From: an uncultured Akkermansia sp.
GTDB lineage: Bacteria; Bacteroidota; Bacteroidia; B-17B0; Aurantibacillaceae
Direction: 5' to 3'
DNA length: 64,000 nucleotides
NCBI GenBank assembly: GCA_964585565.1
Contig: CAZPEC010000008.1
Span: 8,201-72,200, forward strand
Part shown: positions 49,875 to 60,281 of the stretch, one piece after another
How the letters are laid out: every line of letters starts with the position of its first letter
Numbering within the stretch: position 1 is the stretch's first letter
The notes under the pieces: generated by a model
Database searches by the model: none
What the model was told of the DNA's origin: nothing
What the model saw: the letters and a program-made list of their open reading frames with translations, nothing else
Translations under genes and position numbers: made by a program

Positions 49875-50504
49875 TTATTTCGCAAATTTAGATTTTACCA
49901 GATTAAGAATAATTGGTAAAACCGAAACAAAAATAATACCCAGGCAAACCAAATCAATATGCTTTCTAATCCATTCTACCTCACCCAGTAAATAACCCGC
50001 AGTAGTTAAACTGCCTATCCAAAGGGCTCCGCCCAATATATCAAACAAAAGATATCTACGGTACTGCATTTCGCCCACACCGGCGGCAAAAGGCGCAAAT
50101 GTTCGTACAAAAGGCACAAAACGAGCCATAATAATGGCCTTGGTGCCGTGCTTCTCAAAAAATTGGTGTGTTCGATCAAGATATTCTTTTTTTACCAGGG
50201 GTTTGCCTCTGAATTTGTAGGAAAATACGCGAAGGCCTATTTTTCTGCCCACCCAATAGTTAATATTGTCACCTAATACTGCTGCAACAAACAAAAGCAG
50301 CATAAGCCAAGCCATGTTTAAATACCCGGAACGGGCAAATAACCCCGCCGTGAAAAGCAAAGAATCACCCGGTAAAAAAGGCATGGCTACCAATCCGGTT
50401 TCAATAAAAATTACCAAGAACAAAATTATATAGATGCTGGTTCCGTAGTTAGCGAAAATCCAATCAAAATCTAAATGAAGAATGTGCTTAAAAAGTTCTA
50501 CCAT
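49875..50504 (-). CDS. DedA family membrane protein
   Basis: 209 aa. FIETGLVAMPFLPGDSLLF and RFVPFVRTFAPFAAG, both typical of DedA/SNARE-associated proteins. Confidence 0.82.
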   Translation of the reverse strand: MVELFKHILHLDFDWIFANYGTSIYIILFLVIFIETGLVAMPFLPGDSLLFTAGLFARSGYLNMAWLMLLLFVAAVLGDNINYWVGRKIGLRVFSYKFRGKPLVKKEYLDRTHQFFEKHGTKAIIMARFVPFVRTFAPFAAGVGEMQYRRYLLFDILGGALWIGSLTTAGYLLGEVEWIRKHIDLVCLGIIFVSVLPIILNLVKSKFAK

Positions 50505-50513
50505 ATATTTTCA

Positions 50514-50813
50514 TTATCCTATTTGTTCTCGATACGCCAAAATTCCTCCTACCAAATTGTGTAAATTATTAAAACCAAAATTGCTTTCCAAGGCTTGAAT
50601 GGCGGTAGCACTTCGTTTACCGCTTCTGCAATGAACTACTACTTTTTTATCTCTGCTTATTTCAGATTCTCTTTGAATAACTTCCCCTAATGGGATGAGT
50701 AATCCGTTTAAATTATCTTCTTCAAACTCGTGTTCTTCGCGCACGTCTATCAACTGAAAATCTTCGCCGGCATCTTGCATCTGTTTTAATTGTTGTACTG
50801 TAATTTCTTTCAT
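50514..50813 (-). CDS. Single-domain rhodanese-like sulfurtransferase
   Basis: 99 aa with active-site loop HCRSGKRS. Confidence 0.8.
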   Translation of the reverse strand: MKEITVQQLKQMQDAGEDFQLIDVREEHEFEEDNLNGLLIPLGEVIQRESEISRDKKVVVHCRSGKRSATAIQALESNFGFNNLHNLVGGILAYREQIG

Positions 50814-50835
50814 AAGAATTCTAATTTTTTAAATT

Positions 50836-51624
50836 TTATAGCGGTTGTTTTAAATCCTGAGGCAAAAAAGTAAAAAAAGTATCGCCGCGCAAGCCAAGAC
50901 GCAATGTTTCCAATGGTATTACATCATCGTAGGCTATATTACCCAGGTTAACATTGGCACCAAAAAGCTTAATGAAATATACCTGCTGACTTTTTTGGGG
51001 TGTTTCCCATATAATATTTTCGAGTTTCACTTTGTTTACAATGCGGTTAATCAACAAAATATGAGCTGCCCCGTTTTTGTGAAAAATACCTACTGTTCCA
51101 CTCTCTCTGGCCTCCGCTATTACTTTAAAAGCCCCTGCCTGCAGCTCACTTTGCATCATACTAATCCAACGAGCCGGATGTATAATAACACCTTCTTCCT
51201 TACTGCCTACTTCACTAACAACCGTAAATTCTTTTGATAAACGATTAATGATATCACACTTTTTTCCATGGTCAATGGTAATGCTCCCGTCGCTTACTTC
51301 TGCACATTGCAAACCCAGTTCGCTGATATGCCTGATGTAATCATCCAGTTTATTTCTAACAATAAATGCTTCTAATAGTGTTCCGCCTAAGTACACCTTA
51401 ATACCCGCCTGGTGGTAAAGTTTTATTTTTTCTTTTAAGTTTTTAGTAACTACCGATGTACCAAATCCCAGCTTCACAAAATCCACAAAATCACCCGAAA
51501 CCGAGATAAAATCTTCTGCCTGCCTTATAGAAAGACCCTTATCCATCACCATGGTTAAGCCGTTTTGCCTGGGTTTTGTAGAACGCGAAGGAAGATTATT
51601 CAAGTTAAAATTATAGTTACTCAT
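50836..51624 (-). CDS. comA: Phosphosulfolactate synthase (ComA family)
   Basis: 262 aa. KPRQNGLTMVMDKGLS...DFVKLGFGTS...GGTLLE. TIM-barrel ComA-like pattern recognised by eye only. Confidence 0.65.
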   Translation of the reverse strand: MSNYNFNLNNLPSRSTKPRQNGLTMVMDKGLSIRQAEDFISVSGDFVDFVKLGFGTSVVTKNLKEKIKLYHQAGIKVYLGGTLLEAFIVRNKLDDYIRHISELGLQCAEVSDGSITIDHGKKCDIINRLSKEFTVVSEVGSKEEGVIIHPARWISMMQSELQAGAFKVIAEARESGTVGIFHKNGAAHILLINRIVNKVKLENIIWETPQKSQQVYFIKLFGANVNLGNIAYDDVIPLETLRLGLRGDTFFTFLPQDLKQPL

Positions 51625-51629
51625 ATGCC

Positions 51630-53036
51630 TTACGATTTGTACTGGTTAATTAATTGCAACAACTCAGAGTAGTTTTGTAAAAACGGGGCATATTCAAAAA
51701 TGCTTTGATGATTATTATAATCCAACTGCAAGGCTCTTTCAAAAACACTTAAGGCTTCCTGCTTTTCCCCTTTTTCGAGTAATAGAGTTCCGTAACGATA
51801 ATACAAAACGGCTACGTCAGGAAAATGCTTAATTCCCTGAACCAAGGTTTCTATTGCTTCATCACGATAACCCGCCTCATGCAGCAATGCGCTGTAATCT
51901 AACCAAACATCAAACTCCGAATAATCCAATTCTATTACCCGCTGAAAAGCAAGAGCTGCTTCTTCCTGAAAGCCTAATTTTTGCTGAACTTCGGCAAACA
52001 CATACCAGTACTCCGGATCATTCGGATTTATTTCAATAGCTTTTTTTATATAATGTATCCCTTCCGTTAATCGATTCAAGTAATCTAAACAAACGCCAAT
52101 AGCTAACCAGGCATCGGCATGTGCTGCATCTAATTTTACACACTTATTGTAATATACCAAAGCTTGTTCGTACTCACCGGCTCCTTCATGGCACTCGCCA
52201 ATGTAATAACAAGTAAGAGGGTCGGGCTCTTCGTGCTTAAATGTTTCTTTATACACTTCAATAGCTTCATGATATCTTTCCAACTGAGCCAAGGCATTTG
52301 CTTTATTAAAGTAAGCAGAACTAAACTGGTCGTTAATGGCCAGGCAATAATCGTAGGCATCAATGGCTTTTTCAAACAAATACATCCTACTGTATGCCAG
52401 TCCCAAATTAAACCAAGCGTAGTAACTGTAAGGATTATTCTCTATATAATTTAAAAAGAAAGTAACTGCCTCTTCACTTTTTCCGGTAATATCAAAACAA
52501 AGCGAAATTTCATTTAAAGCACTCTCGTTCTTTGGGTTTGCTTTTATTGCTTTCTTAAAGTAGAAGAGCGCATCATCGGCCTTGTCTTCATTTAAAAACT
52601 CAATGCCCAAAGCAACGTACACTTCATCTTTAAATTCAGCCAGCGGAAGCGCTCGCTTAAAATTCTCGATAGCCTGCTCTCCCAACCCCATTTGGCTGTA
52701 TATGTACCCCCTGGCCATAAATAAATCGAAGCTGTTTTGCTCTATTTGCTCTACTTCATTCAATAAACTCAGCGCTTCGTGGGTAAAATGCTGGCTGGAA
52801 AGGTACTGTGCTTTCTTTATCTTAAGGCCTGTAGAATAAGGATAATGGCTTAAACCATAATCAATGGCTTTTTTGGCCATATCATAGTTTAGCCACTGCA
52901 TGTAATACTCCACAATCTCTTCCAATTCATCAGCATCAAAAAAAGACTTCTCTCCCCCCGACATCATGGTTTCAAACCTCTTCAAAATATCCTCAAACTC
53001 CTCGTCATTCAATCCATCATCATCGTACTCTCTCAT
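51630..53036 (-). CDS. Cytoplasmic TPR-repeat protein
   Basis: 468 aa, no signal peptide, acidic N-terminus, and more than 8 TPR-like units (AW.NLG.AY...A...Y..AL). Confidence 0.7.
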   Translation of the reverse strand: MREYDDDGLNDEEFEDILKRFETMMSGGEKSFFDADELEEIVEYYMQWLNYDMAKKAIDYGLSHYPYSTGLKIKKAQYLSSQHFTHEALSLLNEVEQIEQNSFDLFMARGYIYSQMGLGEQAIENFKRALPLAEFKDEVYVALGIEFLNEDKADDALFYFKKAIKANPKNESALNEISLCFDITGKSEEAVTFFLNYIENNPYSYYAWFNLGLAYSRMYLFEKAIDAYDYCLAINDQFSSAYFNKANALAQLERYHEAIEVYKETFKHEEPDPLTCYYIGECHEGAGEYEQALVYYNKCVKLDAAHADAWLAIGVCLDYLNRLTEGIHYIKKAIEINPNDPEYWYVFAEVQQKLGFQEEAALAFQRVIELDYSEFDVWLDYSALLHEAGYRDEAIETLVQGIKHFPDVAVLYYRYGTLLLEKGEKQEALSVFERALQLDYNNHQSIFEYAPFLQNYSELLQLINQYKS

Positions 53037-53251
53037 CGTAAAAATTCTAAAATTAATAATCCATAAAGATATTGCTTTTTAAGGAAAAGCGGAAGCTTTG
53101 AGTAATTATAATTAACTGGTTAGCAGTTGTTTAAAAATATAAAAAAGTTGCATATCCGTTAGCAAAATGCTACTTTGAGGTTCACAAAAAACTTTCTTAC
53201 ACACCCTTATTTGCGCAAGGTAACAGAACATAAACGCAGTTTTAATTTGAT

Positions 53252-54250
53252 ATGGTAAAGTATTTGTTCCGAAAAATTATTTTCCCCCTTCTTCTCTTTT
53301 TAAAAACAGACCGATTTCTGCTTCTTTTTAAAAGCAAGAGGTGTGTTATCTTAAATTTTCACGGAGTGAGTGCTATTAAGGGAAATCGTTTTAATAACCG
53401 CCATATAGATGTATCGGAATTTGAAAAACTGATTTCTTACCTCCGGAAAAATTTTACCATTGTTGCTTTATCGGAATTGTTTGAAATATATCGAGAGAAA
53501 AAAATGGTTCAGAAAAAAACCATTGCCATTACTTTTGACGACGGCTACTTAAATAACTTTACCGAAGCTCTACCGATACTAAAAAAATACCAAGTCCCGG
53601 CCACTTTCTATATCATATCAGAAAGCTTAGTAAAGAACGATTTTATAGTATGGCCCGATATGATAGATTTAATTCAAGTGCATGCTACGGAAGATTTGAC
53701 ACTAAGCTTTGGCAAGTTTAATAAGCCTCACTTTCAATCATACGAACTTAAAACTTCACTTAGCGATTTTTTAAAACAAGCAGGAGAAAAAAGAGATGAT
53801 TATCTGAATGAAATTAACTCTCGCTATCCTTACTGGCAATCGGCGGCAAAGAAATATCCGGAATTTACTAAGCTGATTGACTCTGAAAAAATTAGCAACT
53901 ATAAAAATGAGTCGCTGATAGAATTTGGTTCGCACACGCACTTGCATTATAATTTAGAGTTCCTATCTGATGAAAAATGTTTGGAAGAGCTGGAAAAATC
54001 AAAAAAAATTATTGAGGAAAAAACGGGCAGACCAGTTATTTCCATCGCTTTTCCGGACGGAAGCTATAACTTAAACACGCTAGCTCTCTGCAAAAAAGCA
54101 GGATACAAAAATGCAGTGGCAGTTAATTACAAACTCAACGAAAAAAACAACAACCCGTTTTTATTATCACGGTTTACGGTGAGTAACTCTACCACTGCCG
54201 AGTCGAACACATTAAGACTGGCCAGGGATTTTGACAAATACGGATTTTAA
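53252..54250 (+). CDS. Polysaccharide deacetylase (NodB/CE4 family)
   Basis: 332 aa. NodB motif ITFDDGY, FYII and GSHTHLH. Confidence 0.8.
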   Translation: MVKYLFRKIIFPLLLFLKTDRFLLLFKSKRCVILNFHGVSAIKGNRFNNRHIDVSEFEKLISYLRKNFTIVALSELFEIYREKKMVQKKTIAITFDDGYLNNFTEALPILKKYQVPATFYIISESLVKNDFIVWPDMIDLIQVHATEDLTLSFGKFNKPHFQSYELKTSLSDFLKQAGEKRDDYLNEINSRYPYWQSAAKKYPEFTKLIDSEKISNYKNESLIEFGSHTHLHYNLEFLSDEKCLEELEKSKKIIEEKTGRPVISIAFPDGSYNLNTLALCKKAGYKNAVAVNYKLNEKNNNPFLLSRFTVSNSTTAESNTLRLARDFDKYGF

Positions 54251-54283
54251 AGTTATTGCTTGGCTTCTTTCTTGCTGTAGGTT

Positions 54284-55198
54284 TTACTTACAACCTATTT
54301 TCTCCATTTCAGACTTAGATTTGGAGTATCCTAAAGCATCTGCCTTCTTCAAATCATTGCAAGCACCGGTTTTGTCTCCTTTATAATTTTTTGATAGTCC
54401 GCGGAAATGATATGCCTGAGGGTCATTCGAATTTAATTCCAGAGCTTTGTTAAAATCGTTAATGGCATTGTCGTCTTTTGCATTGGCAAAGTAGCAACTT
54501 CCCCTCCAGGTATAAGAGAGAGAATGGTTGGGATTAAGCCCTATCGACATGGAAAAGTCAGATAATCCTCCGTTGTAGTCTTTCTTCTGATACTTGCTTA
54601 AACCACGCTGGTAGTAGAAAAGATGTTTATCGGAAGTTAATGATATAGCCTTATCACAATCGGCAATAGCACCATCGTCGTCGGCCTCCGCATAACGAAC
54701 CAGGGCTCTGTAGTAGTAACTCCAAGAATAGTTTTGATCTAATCCAATGGCCATGGTTAAATCTTTTTTTGCCTCACTGTCTTTTTGAAGATAGTAGTTG
54801 CAGGCACCTCTGTAGCAATAAGCCTTGGCATAATCTGATTTTATACTTAGGGCTATATTAAAATCTACAGTTGCCATTTTGTAATCTCCCTTCCAAAAAT
54901 AACACAACCCACGGTTATAGTGCACATCGTACATACCGGGCTTTAGTTCTATAGATTTATTGTAATCCAATATAGCATCGTCATCTCTTTTTAGGGCATA
55001 CTTGGCCATGCCCCTGTTATAATAAGCATCCGCATTTTTGGGATCTTTTTCAATGCATTTATCATAATCTTTAATGGCTCCTTCATAATTTCCGGCTTCG
55101 TATTTTTTGAATCCGGAATCATAAAAATCATTTGCGGTGGTTTGTGCAAAACCAAAACTTGTTATGGCTATGCAGAGGATGCTTGCTATTTTTTTCAT
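54284..55198 (-). CDS. Secreted TPR-repeat protein
   Basis: 304 aa. Signal peptide ...SFGFAQ and about 8 tandem TPR units (A..DY.KAI.L.P..A.AYY.RG). Confidence 0.7.
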   Translation of the reverse strand: MKKIASILCIAITSFGFAQTTANDFYDSGFKKYEAGNYEGAIKDYDKCIEKDPKNADAYYNRGMAKYALKRDDDAILDYNKSIELKPGMYDVHYNRGLCYFWKGDYKMATVDFNIALSIKSDYAKAYCYRGACNYYLQKDSEAKKDLTMAIGLDQNYSWSYYYRALVRYAEADDDGAIADCDKAISLTSDKHLFYYQRGLSKYQKKDYNGGLSDFSMSIGLNPNHSLSYTWRGSCYFANAKDDNAINDFNKALELNSNDPQAYHFRGLSKNYKGDKTGACNDLKKADALGYSKSKSEMEKIGCK

Positions 55199-55208
55199 AT
55201 TAGATTAT

Positions 55209-57878
55209 TTAGGTGTTTAAAATTATTTTTTTTGCTTTTTCTATTGCCTGGGGTAATCCTTCCGGCTTACTGCCTCCTGCTTGGGCGTAAAATGCCTGAC
55301 CGCCACCACCTCCTCCTATTTCCTTTGCAAGTTCTCTTACCAAATTACCTGCGTTTAAATTTTTCTCTTTTACCAAATTATCGCTTATGATAACAGAAAT
55401 ACTGGGTTTACCGCTTATCTCGGCTCCTAAAACAATTAAACAATTATCTATTTCGTTTTTTAGTTCAAATAAAATATTTTTAATCTCTTCTGCACTGTTA
55501 AAACTCACACAAGTGGCTAAAAAGTTGTACCCGTTGAGTGCTTGAATTTGGTTTTTAAGCTGTTTTTTCAGTTCCTGTGCTTTTTCATGATTTAATTGTT
55601 GTAGTTGTTTTTGCAAACGATGGTTTTCTTCGAGCAACTGCTCTAGGCTTTTCAATAAATCTTTGCTTCCCTTTAATTTTTCTTTGATATCCTCCACCAG
55701 CTTTAATCGCTGCTGTATATATTCCTCTGCACGAGATGAAGTGATAGCCTCAATCCTTCTTATTCCTGCAGCCACGGCTCCTTCCGAAATAATTTTAAAA
55801 TATCCTATCTGTCCGCTGGCCTTTACATGAGAGCCTCCGCATAGCTCAACGGAATAAGTTTTGTCGAATGTAACCACACGTACCACATCTCCATATTTTT
55901 CACCAAACAGGGCCATGGCTCCTGTTTTTTTTGCCTCTTCCAAGGGCATCAGTTCAATTTGAGCAGGATGATTTTCTCTGATTTTTTGATTTACCATCTG
56001 CTCTATGGCATGAATTTCTTCATCCGTAACCTTACTGAAATGCGAAAAATCAAACCGTAAGTAATCCTCATTCACCAAGCTGCCCTTTTGCTCTACATGG
56101 GTACCCAATATTTTGCGTAAAGCTGCATGAAGCAGGTGGGTTGCCGTATGGTTTCCGGTAATTTCTTGTCTCCTCTTTTTATCAATGGTTGCCGTAAAAA
56201 CAGCCTCTATGTTTTGAGGTAACTTGTCGGTAAAATGAATAATCACTCCATTTTCCTTTTTGGTGTCAAAAATGGCTGTTTTATTATCACCATCCGCCAG
56301 CCATCCTTTATCACCTACCTGACCTCCGCTTTCCGAGTAAAAAGGAGTTCTATCCAACACCAGGTGATATATTTCTTTATTTTTTTGTTTTACTTTTCTG
56401 TATCGGATTATTCTTGCCTTACAATCATACTCATCATATCCCACAAATTCGGTTTCTGTTTCGGTGTTTCTCTCCTTTCCAAAATCGGTAAACACCCAAT
56501 CGTCGGTATCAACATTCGTGGCGGCTCTGGAGCGATCTTTTTGTTCTTGAAGATATTTATTAAAGCCTTCCTCGTCAATACTTAAATTATATCCTCGGGC
56601 AATCAGCGACGTCAAATCTACCGGAAAGCCAAAGGTGTCGTAGAGTTCAAAAACTATTTTCCCGTCAATTACTTTTTCTTTTTTGGCATTGGCCTCAATA
56701 CAAACTTGGTCAATCCGTTTCAAACCAAATTCCAATGTTTTGTAAAATGACTGTTCTTCTTCCTTTAATACTTTTTCAATCAATAGCTTTTGAGAAATAA
56801 GTTCCGGAAAAGCTTGTCCCATTTGGTTTGACAAGGTTGGAACCAGGCGGTACAAAAAGGGCTCTTTTAAGTTAAGCGTTTGGTAGCCATAGCGGATTGC
56901 GCGTCGCAAAATACGCCTGATAACATATCCGGCCCCCGTATTTCCGGGAAGCTGACCATCGGCAATACTGAAAGAGATTGTTCTGATATGGTCGGCAATT
57001 ACACGGATGGCAATGTTAATATTCCGCTGCTGCTTGTGCGAATCCTCTGCTTCCGGCTTGTAACGGTGTCCGGAAAGTTCTTCTATTTTGTTTATAAGCG
57101 GCAAAAAAACATCCGTATCGTAATTACTTTGCTTTCCTTGAAGTACACGCACCAACCTTTCAAAGCCCATTCCGGTATCTACGTGTTGTTTGGGTAATTT
57201 AACTAAGGAACCATCAGCCCTGCGCTCAAACTCCATGAATACATTGTTCCATATTTCAATTACCTGCGGATGATCTTTATTTACCAATTGAGCACCGGGC
57301 ACTTTACTTCTTTCTTCGTCGCTTCTTCCATCATAGTGTATCTCGCTGCAGGGGCCGCAAGGACCGGTGTCTCCCATTTCCCAAAAGTTGTCTTTTTTGG
57401 TTCCGTTTAATATTCGGTCTTCAGCAATCCACTGTTTCCAAGCATCGTAGGCTTCCTTGTCAAAGGCCAATCCTTCTTCTTTGCTTCCCTCAAAAACAGT
57501 TACGTATAATCTGGATTTATCTATTTTGTATACCTCCGTAAGCAACTCCCATGCCCACGCAATGGCCTCTTTCTTAAAGTAATCTCCAAAACTCCAATTC
57601 CCCAGCATTTCAAACATGGTGTGGTGGTAGGTATCTACTCCCACTTCTTCTAAATCATTGTGTTTACCGCTTACGCGAAGACATTTTTGCGTATCGGCTA
57701 CTCGGGGATATTTAATGGGTGCATTTCCTAAAAAAATATCTTTAAACGGAGCCATTCCGCTATTGTTGAACATGAGCGTAGGGTCATTTTTAACAACCAT
57801 GGGGGCGCTTGGAACAATATGGTGCCCCTTTTCCTTAAAAAAATCTAAAAAAGTTTGACGTACCTTGTTGGCTTCCAT
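55209..57878 (-). CDS. alaS: Alanine--tRNA ligase
   Basis: Motifs [44 protein letters not shown] and a C-terminal GGGGGQ. The ORF-track start at 57932 was trimmed to the ATG at 57878 ([14 protein letters not shown]). Confidence 0.95.
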   Translation of the reverse strand: MEANKVRQTFLDFFKEKGHHIVPSAPMVVKNDPTLMFNNSGMAPFKDIFLGNAPIKYPRVADTQKCLRVSGKHNDLEEVGVDTYHHTMFEMLGNWSFGDYFKKEAIAWAWELLTEVYKIDKSRLYVTVFEGSKEEGLAFDKEAYDAWKQWIAEDRILNGTKKDNFWEMGDTGPCGPCSEIHYDGRSDEERSKVPGAQLVNKDHPQVIEIWNNVFMEFERRADGSLVKLPKQHVDTGMGFERLVRVLQGKQSNYDTDVFLPLINKIEELSGHRYKPEAEDSHKQQRNINIAIRVIADHIRTISFSIADGQLPGNTGAGYVIRRILRRAIRYGYQTLNLKEPFLYRLVPTLSNQMGQAFPELISQKLLIEKVLKEEEQSFYKTLEFGLKRIDQVCIEANAKKEKVIDGKIVFELYDTFGFPVDLTSLIARGYNLSIDEEGFNKYLQEQKDRSRAATNVDTDDWVFTDFGKERNTETETEFVGYDEYDCKARIIRYRKVKQKNKEIYHLVLDRTPFYSESGGQVGDKGWLADGDNKTAIFDTKKENGVIIHFTDKLPQNIEAVFTATIDKKRRQEITGNHTATHLLHAALRKILGTHVEQKGSLVNEDYLRFDFSHFSKVTDEEIHAIEQMVNQKIRENHPAQIELMPLEEAKKTGAMALFGEKYGDVVRVVTFDKTYSVELCGGSHVKASGQIGYFKIISEGAVAAGIRRIEAITSSRAEEYIQQRLKLVEDIKEKLKGSKDLLKSLEQLLEENHRLQKQLQQLNHEKAQELKKQLKNQIQALNGYNFLATCVSFNSAEEIKNILFELKNEIDNCLIVLGAEISGKPSISVIISDNLVKEKNLNAGNLVRELAKEIGGGGGGQAFYAQAGGSKPEGLPQAIEKAKKIILNT

Positions 57879-58006
57879 AGCTTGAAAAGCTGCCAAATAT
57901 AGCAATAAATGCAGCATAAAATGCCTTTGCAATCAGGGCTTTTTTGCTTTTTTTTCAGCAATTTTCAGCATATTTATTTCGTATCTTAGGGGGTTCATTT
58001 TTTGCC

Positions 58007-58981
58007 ATGAGTAAGGTAAAATACCGCTTTAATACCAAAAGCCTTACCTACGAAAAGGTTAAGGTAAGCTTCCGACAAAAGCTGTGGTATGTTATTTCCT
58101 ACCTGGCTACAGGCCTGGTGTTTGCTACCTTAACTATTTTTCTGTCCAATAAATTTTTGCCCTCTCCGTCGGATAAAAAACGCGACCGTGAACTGGAAGC
58201 GCTTACGTTGCAATATGAATTGTTGCAGAAAAAAATGAGCACGATTGAAAAAGTTTTGTCTGATATGGAAGATAGGGACGACAATATTTATCGTGCCATT
58301 TTTGAGGCCGAACCTGTTCCAAAATCCATCAGACAAGCAGGCTTTGGAGGCAGCGATCGTTATTCGGAATTTGACTCCTACGACAACGGAGAATTAATGA
58401 AAAGTACGGCCACCCGCCTGGATCAGATTGCCAAACGCCTGTATATTCAAAGTAAATCGTTTGATGAAGTGGTAAAACTGGCAAAAAGCAAAGAACAGTT
58501 ACTCTCTTCCATACCTGCCATAATGCCCATCAATAAAAAAGACCTTACCCATGCAGTAACCAGCGGTTTTGGTTGGAGAACACATCCTATATATAAAACT
58601 CCCGAATTTCACCCCGGGATGGATTTTACCGCCGTTACCGGAACCCGTATTTATGCAACCGGCGATGGTGTTGTTGAACGTGCCGATAATACTGCCCAAG
58701 GATACGGAAACCATGTGGTGATAGACCACGGATTTGGTTACCAAACGCTTTACGCTCACATGAGTAAAATAGCCTGCAAGGTGGGGCAAAAAGTAAAACG
58801 AGGGCAACTGATAGGCTACGTTGGCAGTACCGGACTGAGTACTGCCCCACACGTTCATTACGAAGTAATAAAGAACGGACAAAAAACCAATCCCATCAAT
58901 TACTACTATAACGATTTATCGCCACAACAATACCAGGCTTTAGTAGAAGAAAGTAAAAAATTAACCCAGTCGTTCGACTAA
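58007..58981 (+). CDS. M23 family metallopeptidase (LytM/peptidoglycan DD-endopeptidase-like) with an N-terminal membrane anchor
   Basis: Motifs HPGMDF, YGNHVVIDHG and GSTGLSTAPHVHYEV. ATG at 58007 (MSKVKYRFNTK). Confidence 0.85.
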   Translation: MSKVKYRFNTKSLTYEKVKVSFRQKLWYVISYLATGLVFATLTIFLSNKFLPSPSDKKRDRELEALTLQYELLQKKMSTIEKVLSDMEDRDDNIYRAIFEAEPVPKSIRQAGFGGSDRYSEFDSYDNGELMKSTATRLDQIAKRLYIQSKSFDEVVKLAKSKEQLLSSIPAIMPINKKDLTHAVTSGFGWRTHPIYKTPEFHPGMDFTAVTGTRIYATGDGVVERADNTAQGYGNHVVIDHGFGYQTLYAHMSKIACKVGQKVKRGQLIGYVGSTGLSTAPHVHYEVIKNGQKTNPINYYYNDLSPQQYQALVEESKKLTQSFD

Positions 58982-58984
58982 AGC

Positions 58985-60277
58985 ATGAACTCCAAAAAAA
59001 TTGGTTTTTATACCGCCATTTCCGTTGTAATTGCTAATATGATTGGCACAGGCGTTTTTACCAGCCTAGGCTTTCAGGTATTAGGTATGCAAAATGGCTT
59101 TGCCTTGCTGGCACTTTGGGTGGTGGGCGGAATACTGGCCTTGTGCGGGGCACTTACCTACGGCGAATTAGGTTCGGCCTTTCCCGAAAATGGTGGAGAG
59201 TATAATTACCTGAGTAAACTCTTTCATCCGGCGCTTGGTTTTTTAAGCGGCTGGGTTAGTGTAACTGTTGGTTTTGCCGCTCCTATAGCCGCCGCTTCTA
59301 TGGCTCTGGCAGGTTATGTGAATACTATTTTTCCGCAGCTTCATCCTATATGGCTGGCCATTGGGGTTATTGTTTTCATCACAACCGTACACTCATTCAG
59401 TTTACAAAAGGGCGGAGCTTTTCAGCGTATTTTTACCATCCTTAAAATTGGTTTTATAACCTTATTTGTACTGGCCGGATTGTTTTGTAGTGAAAGCTCT
59501 GCTATTAGCTTTATCCCTAACCAAGATTCCATAAATGAATTGTTTTCGCCGGCATTTGCGGCCTCGCTGGTTTATGTAACCTACGCCTATAGCGGATGGA
59601 ACGCCGCCTCATACCTAGCCGGAGAAATTAAAGACGTAAACAAAAACCTGCCCCGCTCACTGTTTATGGGCACACTAATTGTATTACTGATTTACACACT
59701 CCTTAATTTTGTTTTTCTTAAAACTACTCCCATTAGTGAGTTAAAAGGGCAGGTAGAAATAGGCTACCTGAGTGCCAATCATATTTTTGGTGAACATACG
59801 GGCAAATACATGAGCCTGGTAATTGCTGTATTGCTTGTTTCTACCATTAGTGCCATGGTTTTAGCCGGCCCTAGGGTTATGCAACAGATGGGAAAGGAAA
59901 TTCCGGCACTTAAACTATTAGCTACCTCCAACAAAAACAATGTGCCATGGCTGGCTATCTCCATTCAATCGGTTATTTCCATAAGCCTGGTATTAACAGC
60001 TGCTTTTGACTCGTTAATAAACTACGTGGGATTTACCTTAAACCTGTTTACTTTTCTTACCGTTTTAGGTATTTTTGTACTCCGCTTCCGTTTTAAAGAA
60101 ATTAAAGCGCCTTTCCAAACCCCGCTTTTTCCATTACCTCCCCTGCTTTTTTTGCTGATTACAGGTTGGGTGCTGGTAAGCGTGTTTAGGGAAAAAACTG
60201 CCGAGTCGCTTTGGGGACTTACTACGGTTGCCGGAGGACTTGTATTTTATTATCTATCGCAGAAATCAAAAAAATAA
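58985..60277 (+). CDS. APC-superfamily amino acid permease
   Basis: 430 aa with about 12 TM helices. N-terminal VIANMIGTGVFTSLG and a GGEYNYL motif. Confidence 0.8.
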   Translation: MNSKKIGFYTAISVVIANMIGTGVFTSLGFQVLGMQNGFALLALWVVGGILALCGALTYGELGSAFPENGGEYNYLSKLFHPALGFLSGWVSVTVGFAAPIAAASMALAGYVNTIFPQLHPIWLAIGVIVFITTVHSFSLQKGGAFQRIFTILKIGFITLFVLAGLFCSESSAISFIPNQDSINELFSPAFAASLVYVTYAYSGWNAASYLAGEIKDVNKNLPRSLFMGTLIVLLIYTLLNFVFLKTTPISELKGQVEIGYLSANHIFGEHTGKYMSLVIAVLLVSTISAMVLAGPRVMQQMGKEIPALKLLATSNKNNVPWLAISIQSVISISLVLTAAFDSLINYVGFTLNLFTFLTVLGIFVLRFRFKEIKAPFQTPLFPLPPLLFLLITGWVLVSVFREKTAESLWGLTTVAGGLVFYYLSQKSKK

Positions 60278-60281
60278 TTTT

